DNA of 64,000 nucleotides, from positions 372,001 to 436,000 of the forward strand of contig BCKZ01000004.1 of NCBI GenBank assembly GCA_001600815.1, written 5' to 3'. The position numbers and the translations under genes were made by a program. This document shows positions 1 through 10,903 of the stretch, piece by piece; positions within the stretch are counted from its first letter, which is position 1; every line of letters starts with the position of its first letter. This DNA is from Alloascoidea hylecoeti. Taxonomy: Eukaryota. The notes beneath the pieces were generated by a model. The model saw nothing but the letters and a program-made list of their open reading frames with translations, made no database searches and was not told where the DNA came from.

Positions 1-368
1 TGACCACATTCATGAGCCAAGACCCAAATACCGGTTCCAAGCAAACCTTGAATAATAATGTAAGGAATCCATATCAAAGTTCTTAAAGGTGTTGATTGAA
101 TTTTTGGTAATTGATAAACCATCAAATAACCAAAAAGACAGATGAAGAATATATCTCTGGCGACGTAACTTAAAGATCTAATTGCCGATCTTTTATAACA
201 TTTTGCGGGAATTGCAGATAAAATATCTTTTATTGTATAATCTGGAACATGAAATTCATTCCCGTAAGTATCTAAAGTGGTAAAATTTTTCAGATCAACA
301 TTATTATCAGTTTTATTCTTTGTTGAAGAAGTTACTGTTGCTGAAGAAAATCCAGTGGAGGTGGGCAT
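1..368 (-). CDS. Delta-12/omega-3 fatty acid desaturase (FAD2/FAD3 family), 5' part; runs off the window start
   Basis: Manual minus-strand translation from ATG at 368 gives MPTSTG...TLDTYGNEFHVPDYTIKDILSAIPAKCYKRS...GIWVLAHECG, reaching the first His box. Not in the ORF track because it is truncated. FAD2 and FAD3 cannot be told apart from this part. Confidence 0.92.
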   Translation of the reverse strand, partial: MPTSTGFSSATVTSSTKNKTDNNVDLKNFTTLDTYGNEFHVPDYTIKDILSAIPAKCYKRSAIRSLSYVARDIFFICLFGYLMVYQLPKIQSTPLRTLIWIPYIIIQGLLGTGIWVLAHECG

Positions 369-951
369 TATATATGTTTTAATGAGCTTTAAAGTTCTAA
401 GTAAGGAACAAAAAACGTGTTCTTCTTGTAAGAAAAATGAAAAATTAAAAGCAAATGCTGATCGAGCTTTAGCGCTGTTGATCAAAAAGATATACCGTTA
501 CAAGAAAATGGAGGAGAACAAGCAGGAGAGAGCCAAATCAAATCACAACAGAAAAGAATAGAAAAGAACCCAGATGAAGTTGAAAAAGAAGAAGAGGAGA
601 AAGAGAGAAAAAGGCGGATCTCTTGGTTTTATAAGAACTAAGCAATAATGGCTTTTTAACAATCAACCCAACAAATAACAAATCCGTCAGGGATTATGTA
701 ATATTCAATGGTTGGTGTTCTTATTTTCGTGTTCCCCAAGTGCAGGTAATTGGAACTTCCGCAGTGAGACAGAGCGAAACACAGTGCGAGCTCGGGAGTT
801 TTCGGACGTCCGGGTGTACAGCTGCACCCCCACATCTCCCATCTTTTCAAAAATGCAATTATCATATTAATACTCCCTTTTTTCCAATTGGATTTCTTTT
901 TTTCTTCTTTCCTCTTCTCCTTATTCATCCAACTTTTCAGTAGTTTCCAAA

Positions 952-2024
952 ATGGCTGCGAAGATCGAAAAGAAACCTGTTAGTTTTTCTAATATATTAT
1001 TAGGTGCTGCCTTGAACACTTTTGAGTAAGTTCTATTGTTATAATCAATTAATTATATTACATATTGAAAATTAATATTAATACATCCTTTTGTAGATGC
1101 TCCTCTCTCGGTCAACCATTGGAAGTCACAAAGGTATGTCTTTCGTTTTTTGTTTCTCATTTCTGATCAAGATCTGCTCTTTTTTTCCATCCAATCATGC
1201 TACTACAATTGTAAATCCAAATACTAAACTTCAAACTTAAATTTTAGACCACTATGGCCGCCAATAGGTCATTTACTTTTTTCCAATCCATTAAAACAAT
1301 TTGGTCAAGAGGTGGTCCATTAGGTTTTTATCAAGGTCTAATACCATGGGCTTGGATTGAAGCTTCAACAAAAGGTGCTGTTTTATTATTCGTATCAACT
1401 GAAACCGAATATCATGCGCGTACATTTGGTCTTGGAAATTTTGGTGCTGGTATATCTGGAGGTGTTATGGGTGGTCTAGCCCAAGCCTATTTGACAATGG
1501 GATTTTGTACTTGTATGAAAACTGTCGAAATTACAAGAAAGAAAGCAGCGGGTCCCGCTCAATCTACTTTCCAAGTGTTTATGGAGATTTATAGGAAAGA
1601 AGGTATTAGAGGTATAAACAAGGGTGTTAATGCAGTCGCAATCAGGCAATGTACAAATTGGGGATCAAGATTTGGTCTTTCACGCTTGATTGAGAACTAC
1701 ATTAGAAAATTTCAAAATAAAGAATCCGATGCAAAATTAACTTTTGGTGAAAAAATATTGGCATCTGGTGTTGGTGGTGGTTTATCAGCTTGGAATCAAC
1801 CTATTGAAGTTATTAGAGTTGAGATGCAGTCTAAAACCCTCGATCCTTCAAGACCCAAAAAGTTGACTGTTATGACTGCTATGAAATATATCTACTCCAA
1901 GAACGGGATTAAAGGTCTTTACCGAGGAGTTGTTCCAAGAATTGCCTTGGGTGTTTGGCAGACCATTTGTATGGTTGGGCTTGGAGATGTCGCCAAACAA
2001 TATGTCGCCAAATTGACTTCGTAA
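952..2024 (+). CDS. YHM2: Mitochondrial citrate/oxoglutarate carrier; exons 952-1025, 1097-1133, 1248-2024
   Basis: Spliced N-terminus [44 protein letters not shown]. Introns GTAAGT..TAG and GTATGT..TAG keep the frame. Carrier motifs [11 protein letters not shown] and GLYRGVVPR are present. Confidence 0.93.
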
Positions 2025-2113
2025 TTGTATATAAATTATAACCTCCGTGCACCCTCATTTATAAATTTTTAGTTCATTTGCGTCTCACTTTACCACAATC
2101 ATAAATATATATA

Positions 2114-2560
2114 ATGTCCTCTAAGGCTCGTCCCCAAACAATCAAAGATATCATAAATGTCCTCAGGCGTTTTCCCGACGATTCCATCCCCCACTACGCT
2201 TCGTTCAAAAGTGTGCAAATCGCTAAATTTACAGCAGCTTTAGGGGTTGATCCAACAAAGAAAGATGCACCTGAAACTGTTAAGAACATTGTCCTAGATG
2301 TGTCCAAAGGATCTCCCAGTGAATCCGCTAGCGATATTGCTCCTAAGATAGCATTGACCGAAGATGAAGCATTGAAACAACTGAAGTCGATACGGAAATT
2401 AGAAACAAGTTTTTATAATACAAAATTCGGTGTTGGAGATAAATTAAGAAACCCACAAGGTAACCCAATATACTATCAAAGATTAATGGACCAATTATCA
2501 CCAGATAAAAAAGATTCAGGATTCTTAAGGTATTTGAAATATTTTTTTCTCAACAAGTAA
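2114..2560 (+). CDS. CBP6: Cytochrome b translational activator / complex III assembly factor, Cbp6-like
   Basis: 148 aa with C-terminal KFGVGDKLRNPQGNPIYYQRLMDQL, typical of Cbp6. Lies near PTC/TPS1 as in S. cerevisiae chr II. Confidence 0.75.
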   Translation: MSSKARPQTIKDIINVLRRFPDDSIPHYASFKSVQIAKFTAALGVDPTKKDAPETVKNIVLDVSKGSPSESASDIAPKIALTEDEALKQLKSIRKLETSFYNTKFGVGDKLRNPQGNPIYYQRLMDQLSPDKKDSGFLRYLKYFFLNK

Positions 2561-2638
2561 AATTATAAACAAGCTTAAGCAATAAAATAAATGTATATAA
2601 TAAATAAAATTAAGCCTATCAGATAAAAAGATTTCTGC

Positions 2639-2696
2639 TGACTCACCGAAAATTGACAAAACATATGCAGTAAACACCCACACACCCGATGACTCA
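2639..2696. promoter_or_regulatory. Two Gcn4/AP-1 sites (TGACTCA at 2639 and 2690) upstream of ACO2
   Basis: Two exact TGACTCA heptamers within 140 bp of the ATG of an amino-acid-biosynthesis gene. Confidence 0.6.
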
Positions 2697-2776
2697 ATGG
2701 TTATACCATATATTTACTTTTTTCATTTCTAAATCTTTAGATTTCCGCTAAGATCATACCCTCATCCAAGAAAAAA

Positions 2777-5212
2777 ATGGGAATTCTTACATCTTCGAAA
2801 AGTTCCTCGGCAGTTTTAGCACTCGCTAAACGAAGATTGCCTTCGTCTCGAACCTCATTTCAAATCAGATCATTAGCTACTGCTTCAGATTTATACCGAG
2901 TACCTGAAGAGTATAAATCAAGAACCCCACCTTATGAAAAACTTATAAATAATTTAGCTACAGTTAGAAGGATATTGAATAGACCCTTGACGTTAGCTGA
3001 AAAAATCTTATATTCTCATCTGGTTGATCCAGAAGAATCTCTACATGGCGGTAAAGATATTAGAGGTACAAGGTATTTGAAACTTAATCCAGACAGAGTA
3101 GCTATGCAAGATGCCAGTGCTCAAATGGCTCTTTTACAATTTATGACATGTGGTATGAGTTCAACTTTGGTTCCTGCTTCAATCCATTGTGATCATTTAA
3201 TCGTTGGAAATAAAGGTGCTGATAAAGATTTAGAAGCCTCAATTGAAACAAATAAAGAAGTATTTGATTTCTTACAGTCATGTGCTGAAAAATATGGTAT
3301 TCAATTTTGGGGTCCTGGTTCAGGTATTATTCATCAAATCGTTTTAGAAAATTTCTCAACTCCTGGTCTTATGATGTTAGGTACTGATTCACATACTCCA
3401 AATGCTGGAGGTGGTGGTGCTATTGCAATTGGTGTTGGTGGTGCTGATGCAGTTGATGCTTTAACTGGTACTCCATGGGAATTAAAAGCTCCTAAAATAT
3501 TAGGTGTTAAATTAACTGGTTCATTAAGTGGATGGACTTCCCCTAAAGATGTAATTACTCATTTAGCTGGTAAATTGACTGTTCGTGGTGGTACTGGTTC
3601 TATCATCGAATATTTCGGTGAAGGTGTTCAATCTTTAAGTTGTACTGGTATGGCTACTATTTGTAATATGGGTGCTGAAGTTGGAGCCACAACATCTACT
3701 TTCCCATTCACACAATCAATGAAACGATATTTAGAAGCAACTAATAGAGTTCCAATTGCAGCTGCTGCACAAGATGTTAATTCTAAATTTGGCTTTTTAC
3801 AAGCTGATCCAAATGCTGAATATGATGAAATTGTTGAAGTTAATTTATCTGAATTAGAACCACATATAAATGGTCCATTTACACCAGATTTATCAAATCC
3901 AGTTTCAAAATTTGGTCAAGTTGCAAAAGATGAAAAATGGCCTGAAACTGTATCTGCTGGTTTAATTGGTTCGTGTACAAATAGTTCTTATCAAGATATG
4001 TCTCGTGTTGCTTCATTAGTTCAGCAAGCTGATAATCATGGTTTAAAACCAAAAATTCCATTTTTTATAACTCCTGGTTCAGAACAAATTAGAGCTACTA
4101 TTGAAAAAGATGGTTTAACTGATGTTTTTGTTAAAGCTGGTGCTACTGTTTTAGCAAATGCTTGTGGTCCATGTATTGGTCAATGGGATAGACAAGATGT
4201 TAATAAAAATTCAACTGAATTTAATGCAATTATGACATCTTTTAATAGAAATTTTAGAGCAAGAAATGATGGAAATAGAAATACAATGAATTTCTTAACA
4301 TCTCCTGAAATTGTTACAGCAATGATTTATTCAGGTAAAATGGATTTTAATCCATTAACTGATTCATTAATTGATTCAAAAGGTGAAGAGTTTAAATTTA
4401 ATCCACCATATGGTGATGAATTACCTTTACAAGGTTTTAAAAAAGGTAGAGGTGAATTTTATCCAGAGGTTAATCCGTTACCTCATGCAGAGGTTCAAAT
4501 TGCTGTATCTCCATCATCTGATAGATTACAAGTATTAGAACCTTTTAAACCTTTTAATAATAAGGAAATGAAACTTAATGTTTTAATGAAAGTTGAAGGT
4601 AAATGTACAACTGATCATATTTCTGCTGCTGGAGCTTGGTTAAAATATAAAGGACATTTAGAAAATATTTCAAATAATACTTTAATTGGTGCTCAAAATA
4701 AAGAAACTGGAGAAGTTAATAAAGTTTATGATTTTGATGGTAAACAATTATCAATTCCAGATTTAATGATTAAATGGAAAAATGAAGAAAGGCCGTGGGT
4801 TGTTATTGCTGAACATAATTATGGTGAAGGATCTGCCCGTGAACATGCTGCTTTATCACCAAGATTTTTGGGTGGTCAAATGATTTTATGTAAATCTTTT
4901 GCAAGAATTCATGAAACAAATTTAAAGAAACAAGGAATGTTACCTGTAACATTTAAAAATGAATCGGATTATGATTTAATTGATTCATGTGATACAATTG
5001 AAACAACAAATTTATTAGATATGTTAGAAAAAGATGGTAATAATGGTGGTGAATTATTATTAAAAGTAACAAAGAGGAATGGAGAAACGTTGGAGGTTAT
5101 TGTTAAACATACAATGTCAAAAGATCAAATTGATTTTTTCAAAGCTGGTAGTGCAATTAATTATATTGGTAATGTAAGAAGAGCAAAAGAACAGGCTGAA
5201 CAGCAATCTTAG
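2777..5212 (+). CDS. ACO2: Mitochondrial aconitase-family protein (Aco2, homocitrate dehydratase type)
   Basis: 811 aa. DRVAMQDASAQMA, SIHCDH, DSHTPN, IGSCTNSSYQD, ACGPCIGQW and NYGEGSAREHAA motifs; the ASAQ and GSARE variants are Aco2-like. Confidence 0.93.
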   Translation: MGILTSSKSSSAVLALAKRRLPSSRTSFQIRSLATASDLYRVPEEYKSRTPPYEKLINNLATVRRILNRPLTLAEKILYSHLVDPEESLHGGKDIRGTRYLKLNPDRVAMQDASAQMALLQFMTCGMSSTLVPASIHCDHLIVGNKGADKDLEASIETNKEVFDFLQSCAEKYGIQFWGPGSGIIHQIVLENFSTPGLMMLGTDSHTPNAGGGGAIAIGVGGADAVDALTGTPWELKAPKILGVKLTGSLSGWTSPKDVITHLAGKLTVRGGTGSIIEYFGEGVQSLSCTGMATICNMGAEVGATTSTFPFTQSMKRYLEATNRVPIAAAAQDVNSKFGFLQADPNAEYDEIVEVNLSELEPHINGPFTPDLSNPVSKFGQVAKDEKWPETVSAGLIGSCTNSSYQDMSRVASLVQQADNHGLKPKIPFFITPGSEQIRATIEKDGLTDVFVKAGATVLANACGPCIGQWDRQDVNKNSTEFNAIMTSFNRNFRARNDGNRNTMNFLTSPEIVTAMIYSGKMDFNPLTDSLIDSKGEEFKFNPPYGDELPLQGFKKGRGEFYPEVNPLPHAEVQIAVSPSSDRLQVLEPFKPFNNKEMKLNVLMKVEGKCTTDHISAAGAWLKYKGHLENISNNTLIGAQNKETGEVNKVYDFDGKQLSIPDLMIKWKNEERPWVVIAEHNYGEGSAREHAALSPRFLGGQMILCKSFARIHETNLKKQGMLPVTFKNESDYDLIDSCDTIETTNLLDMLEKDGNNGGELLLKVTKRNGETLEVIVKHTMSKDQIDFFKAGSAINYIGNVRRAKEQAEQQS

Positions 5213-6264
5213 AAAGAAAAAGTTGAAAATAATGTATATAATTTTTTCGCCTTTTTTTTGGAATTTTTGTTTTTGTTTAATTTGTTCATAACATATTTGT
5301 TTATTTGTTTATTTATTATTTTATTTAACTTTTTAAATAACTATAAAAATGGAAAAGTAATTTCATAGCATAAAATTTATATGAATAGGTCAAGAGGTTT
5401 TACTTCTATAGGTAGTATTGTAATTGATAAGTATAAGACTATAAGAATAATAAATATTTATTAAACCTGGATAACTAAGTAGGTGGTATTGGTAGGTTTA
5501 GGAGCTAAACATAAGTCGGATACCATTTATTTTTAGCTGGCGGTTAAAGTCTGCTATAAGTTATATATTACCCCTAAGAAACCTACATGTATATCCGATT
5601 GGACTTGCAAGTTATTATATTAAAGCTTTCAGGTTCAGAATTTTATTTAATCCAGCAATTTAAAGCTACAAATTTTCATCAATGAAATAATATTATTGTT
5701 TGCCATGATATAATTATAAGAAAAATGAATGTACTGTGCATATAAAATAATCAGTAACCTTGACTATAGTAGCACGAAGTAAATTTGAAAGGGTTAAACT
5801 GGGATATAAAGTACTATAAACCGTATTAAATCATTATACAAAACAATTAATACGATCTGAGAAGTACACAATTGGCATCTTAGAACAAAATAATTGGATC
5901 TAATTTACAATATAGATGGCACTAGTTTATGAGTTTTTAGATTGGAGCCATTGCACTTAGATTTTACGCAACGGTGGGTTAGCGACTACCATCTCGGGTT
6001 TAATGCCGGTATCTCCGTATTAGTCATTGTTAGCTTTATATTACTACCGGAATACTGTGTTTTTACAAATGTTTAAGTAGTATCACTATATTATTACCGA
6101 TACTTACTTTTTCTATTATATACACAATTTCAACTGTTTTATAAATTTCTTATAGTTTACTACAACACGTTTAAAATATCATATAAGAACTAGCGCCCCG
6201 CAGCATAAAACAATAATATCAACTACTTCATAATCATCAAAATTTAAAACAACAGATAAGAACG

Positions 6265-8016
6265 ATGATAAGACTTAATGAAGATGATTTTAGAGGTGAA
6301 AATGACGAAGACGCTGTTACAAATGGTCCGTTAGTACTCGTGACTTCCAGAAAGAGTGAAAAAATAGATATAGGACATGCTCCTAGTATGGTTGTTTTCG
6401 ATGATGAGCATGGATCTCAACAAACTTCTGATGATAAAGATGAAGAATCAAATTCAATAAAACCAGAAGATGACCCAAGAATCCCCCCTGATGGCGGTTA
6501 CGGGTGGGTTTGTGCCTTTTGTGCTTTTCTTTCAGCTTTCGCTGCTTGGGGTGGTAATGCTTCATATGGTATATTTTTGAATCATTATTTAAACACCTCT
6601 AAATTTAAAAATGCAACTTCCTTGGACTTCGCTTTCATTGCTGGTATAAGCACTGGAATAGCGCTTATTATCACACCATTGATTACAGTAATACAAATCA
6701 AAATTGGCATGCACGCAACTATATTAATCGGTACGGTAGTACAGAGCGCTGGTTTCATTTGTGCTAGTTTCGCAAAAGAAATCTGGCAATTATATTTAAG
6801 TCAAGGGCTTGCTGTTTCAATCGGTATGGGATTTATTTATGTTCCTCCAACTATCATTTTGCCTCAATGGTTTAAGAAAAATAGGTCTTTAGCAAATGGT
6901 ATATCTGCATGTGGATCGGGGGTTGGAGGATTAGTTTATAATTTATCATGTCAAGCAATTATAAATAAAACTGGAGACACACCATGGGCTTTAAGATTTA
7001 TTGGAATCACAAATATCGTCTTGTTATTAATTTGTACTGTTTTTATTCGTTCCAGAAATAAGATTATTAATAATCATAATGAAAAATTAAGGATTAAAAA
7101 TAATGAACCAAAGAAAAAATTAAAACTTTTTGATCCTTCTGTTTTAAAACTTTTCCCAGTATTAATGATTTGTATTTGGGTTGCTTTAGTAATTATTGGA
7201 TTTTGTGTTTTTCAATTTTCATTGGCGTCATATGCCACTTCGGTTGGTTTATCTGCATCTAAAGGTTCAGTTATATTATCTCTATTAAGCACAGGACAGA
7301 TTGTTGGTCGTCCTTCAATTGGATTTATATCTGATAAGATCGGTAGATTAAATGTAACTGTTACTCTATCTGGGATTATTGGACTTCTTTGTTTCATTTT
7401 CTGGATGCCTGCAACAACTTTCAATAGCTTGGCTGCTTATGCATTCATAAATGGTTTAATGATTGGTGTTATTTGGGTTAATTATCCTCCATTGATTGCA
7501 GATTCTGTGCCATTAGAATTGTTATCATCAGCGTTTGCCGTTGCTACTGTTTTTGCCGGTGTCCCTGCACTGTTCGGAGAAGTTATTGCAATGAAAATTA
7601 GGAGAACTCAATATTCAGGTGGTAAACAATATCGTTATGTACAGGTAGTAGTTGGATTAGTTTATATTGTTGGAATTATACCACTGTTATTTCTAAGATT
7701 TTGGAAAGTCAAAAGATTATTAACTAAACATATTGCCCTACTAAATGAAAAGAAACAACATTTGATTAATGGAAACGGATCAGTTAATGAAAAAGAAAAG
7801 TTAGCTTTAGAATCATTATTTTTGATTAATAAAAAAAAGTATCCCAAATCCCAACTACAAGATTCAGAACAAAGAATTACAACCTTAAATTTAGGTGTAA
7901 ATGATATTATGATTTCTAATATTGATGGTGAACTGGATTATATTAATAGAACTTACCTCAATAACACTTTATTGTCGAAAATACGCATCGTGTTTTTTGT
8001 ATGTGGAAAGATATAA
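6265..8016 (+). CDS. MFS monocarboxylate-transporter-like permease (MCH family)
   Basis: PPDGGYGW motif, about 12 hydrophobic segments, PQWFKKNRSLANGI and GRPSIGFISDKIGR. Confidence 0.9.
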   Translation: MIRLNEDDFRGENDEDAVTNGPLVLVTSRKSEKIDIGHAPSMVVFDDEHGSQQTSDDKDEESNSIKPEDDPRIPPDGGYGWVCAFCAFLSAFAAWGGNASYGIFLNHYLNTSKFKNATSLDFAFIAGISTGIALIITPLITVIQIKIGMHATILIGTVVQSAGFICASFAKEIWQLYLSQGLAVSIGMGFIYVPPTIILPQWFKKNRSLANGISACGSGVGGLVYNLSCQAIINKTGDTPWALRFIGITNIVLLLICTVFIRSRNKIINNHNEKLRIKNNEPKKKLKLFDPSVLKLFPVLMICIWVALVIIGFCVFQFSLASYATSVGLSASKGSVILSLLSTGQIVGRPSIGFISDKIGRLNVTVTLSGIIGLLCFIFWMPATTFNSLAAYAFINGLMIGVIWVNYPPLIADSVPLELLSSAFAVATVFAGVPALFGEVIAMKIRRTQYSGGKQYRYVQVVVGLVYIVGIIPLLFLRFWKVKRLLTKHIALLNEKKQHLINGNGSVNEKEKLALESLFLINKKKYPKSQLQDSEQRITTLNLGVNDIMISNIDGELDYINRTYLNNTLLSKIRIVFFVCGKI

Positions 8017-9299
8017 TTAAGCTGGTTTTTTTAAATATAGATACGCTCTTTTATTTCTATGATTTTGAAAATATAACCAGCAATATAGTACAAACATGTT
8101 CATTTAATATAAGTAACCTCATGGTCTTACCATTTACATATGACAGTATTATTACAGTATATGCTATAGAAATCAATCAGATATTTGATTCACGCAAAAT
8201 AAATGATTGAACTTGAATTTAATGTAGATGACAAGCTTTGACAACCGCATTTGGGAGATTATTATCATCAAGGGCTTTAATTGATATTTTGAACCAAAAT
8301 CAAAGTGATTGCTAAAAATTATACACAGTAAAATGACTAAGTATTGGTGCAAATTGGGAAAATGAATATATCCAGAAGAAAAAACAAATTCCGCCCATAA
8401 TTAGTTGTAATATTCGCATTCTATAAGTCTTTCTATTGGTCCACTCATAAAAATAATTTTCGTTGTTTTTACAACCTAACCTCTTTTTTTTTTTAATTTT
8501 ATTAATTGTTTCCTCGATTTCACAAGAAGTATAAATTGATTTCATACTTTAAAGTATTTAGTAGGCAATTAAGACCATATAAGCTATTTATAGTCATCAT
8601 ATTTTTTAAAATCAGCATTGTAATTAATAAATTCGCGTAAAACAAATTTTGAAAAGATTTTGAACAAGGAAGCTCCCATAACACTCCGTAAGAATATGTT
8701 CACCCACAAAACGTGATATTCCCGTTAGAAATCAATTGGGGTATAAATAATACAGCAATAACTTCAAGAGAAATCATCCGACTAAATAACATCAGCGAAG
8801 TATTAGAAATATGAGGAACAAAAGAATATTTGGAAGAATGACAATACAATCAAATAATACATGACTCTTAATTACATTGAAATTTGATATAAAAAAACTA
8901 AAAATCAATACTTGCGAAACAATCATGAATAAAAAATATAGGCGTCATATTCTTAAACTAAGTAACAAAATATGTTTCTAATAAAAAAACAGATTTAATA
9001 GTCCAGCTTAAATATTTATATAGAATAATGTTTGGAAAAAACGATTAAAAAACACAATACAGTAATTATAAATATGTGTCATAGACGTATGCATATTCAT
9101 AACCGTAATCAAGCTTAAATAAATAAATACAATTACAAGATATATCTATAGCTAGTACCATGCTCCAATTAAAATTGATTGGGACATATTACTATCTAAA
9201 TATCTAAGGAAGTGATAAATAACAATCAAAAAGAAAATCGTAAAATCATATTTTCTAAAACGACCCCTTCCTTTTCGCCTACTCAAACCTCTCCGAACT

Positions 9300-9790
9300 T
9301 CAATGATATTATCTAGGAATTAAAAGGATGAATTCCTGTTTTTGCAAAGCTTCAGCACTTACCTTCTAGTACATGTAATAAAATCCTGGTTGGTGGGATT
9401 GTCTAGCTTCTCGTCATAGATTATTTTCAACCTCCTCTTTAGTAGTCCACAGCTCCAATATGGGGACCTTAACATTTACTCTCTGTGGTTCCTATCAAGA
9501 AAACTTCAAATGCATTTTAAATCTATATAGTTTTTGTTACCATTTCATTTGGGCGGCTTTTGTCTTGGTGATGTGTATTTCCGGTCAATCGCTTCATCCA
9601 CCATGTGGTAACACGCTTCCATATCAATCCCCACACTAACTATACCACAATTAACCAGCAAATCAGTAAGCCGGTCCTTCTCTAATTTATTTCACCCTGC
9701 ACCTTTCATCCTACTCTGTAATGGTAGCCCGTTCACTCTAGCAATATTTGAAATCGCTGTTTTCAGCCCATTAATTACACCCTATTCTCT
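9300..9790 (-). mobile_element. Degenerate pogo/Fot1-like (DDE_1) DNA transposase relic
   Basis: Minus-strand fragments FAKTGIHPFNS* (cf. pogo GFxxTGIxPFNP) and IGA..GLLKRRLKIIYDEK (cf. QPLDVGVFGPLKR), plus an upstream possible HTH-like segment. Contains stops and frameshifts. Confidence 0.5.
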
Positions 9791-10903
9791 AGAAAAGACA
9801 AAGAAAGATGTGTGTCGGCACCTGGTGAGTTCAATACGCTAACCCGTAGAAGAACCCCCACATCACAACAAGATTAACAAAACATAATATGGAAGATATA
9901 TTATTAGAATTGTGAGATTAAGTAGACTTTAGTAATACTATTTTCAATAATTTAGATCGGTTACAGGTTTTGCAATTCGTGGAAATGTAACAATTTTGGG
10001 TGTCCGCAGAACTCTTTTTGTATAGTACTTTTTGATGGTATAAAACTTGCGCTACATTTCCGGAAATTTGGTATGATTTCACACGGTTTAATATATAAAC
10101 CCGAGATTGTTCGATAGTAGTGGGAGCTCTTTTTTAAAGTTGGGTATAAGAATTATTGAGTTCAGAGGTGTAAATATATATATGTAAAATGGTGATTGTT
10201 TAGAGAAAAGTGGAGAAATGGATCTGAAATTCTGATTAGTCTAACTTTTACTATTTATAAGCTGTAAAACAGTTATAAAGTTCAATTATTTATAACGTCT
10301 GTATAACAGATCTAAACCGATCTACCCATTAATTTTTGTACAATGGAAGTTATATAATCACAGACTTAGTGAACAGCCACAAAACAGATATGTCCGTATA
10401 TAATCTTTCCGGGCTCCTATTTAAGTTATAATTAAAGTTACTTGAACGTGTTAGTACTACAATTCTAACTAGAGTTTACCATAGAATATAATATCATATT
10501 AATATTAGTTAAGAATCGGCAGCATGCGTAATCATCATAAGCTTATGTTTTTATTGCTTGTTTTAGACCATAGATTGGTGATGGTGCACTCCCATAATAT
10601 CTGATAACTTAAATAAACATTTATATGTATTGATTGTTACTATAATAGTTACATCTAGTTAGAATAAATTTAACCTACTAAAATGAAGTAGTTGTCAAAG
10701 CTGATTATAAAATGTTAATCTCATTAAGGAAAATGTAGAGTGATTGCATATGCAGGTTTAATGTATGTTGCAGCTGGGTGCATTTATATATTTCTGTACG
10801 GGGGAGGGGTATGATGTATTTCTGGCTTTCAATAGGAATACAAAAATGTTTATATAAATATTAATGTTTCTCCCACCTTTTTCTTCCATATAAATATTCA
10901 AAA

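Noticed and set aside
277..943. Short ORFs between the desaturase and YHM2
   Set aside because: Antisense or promoter sequence with low-complexity translations.
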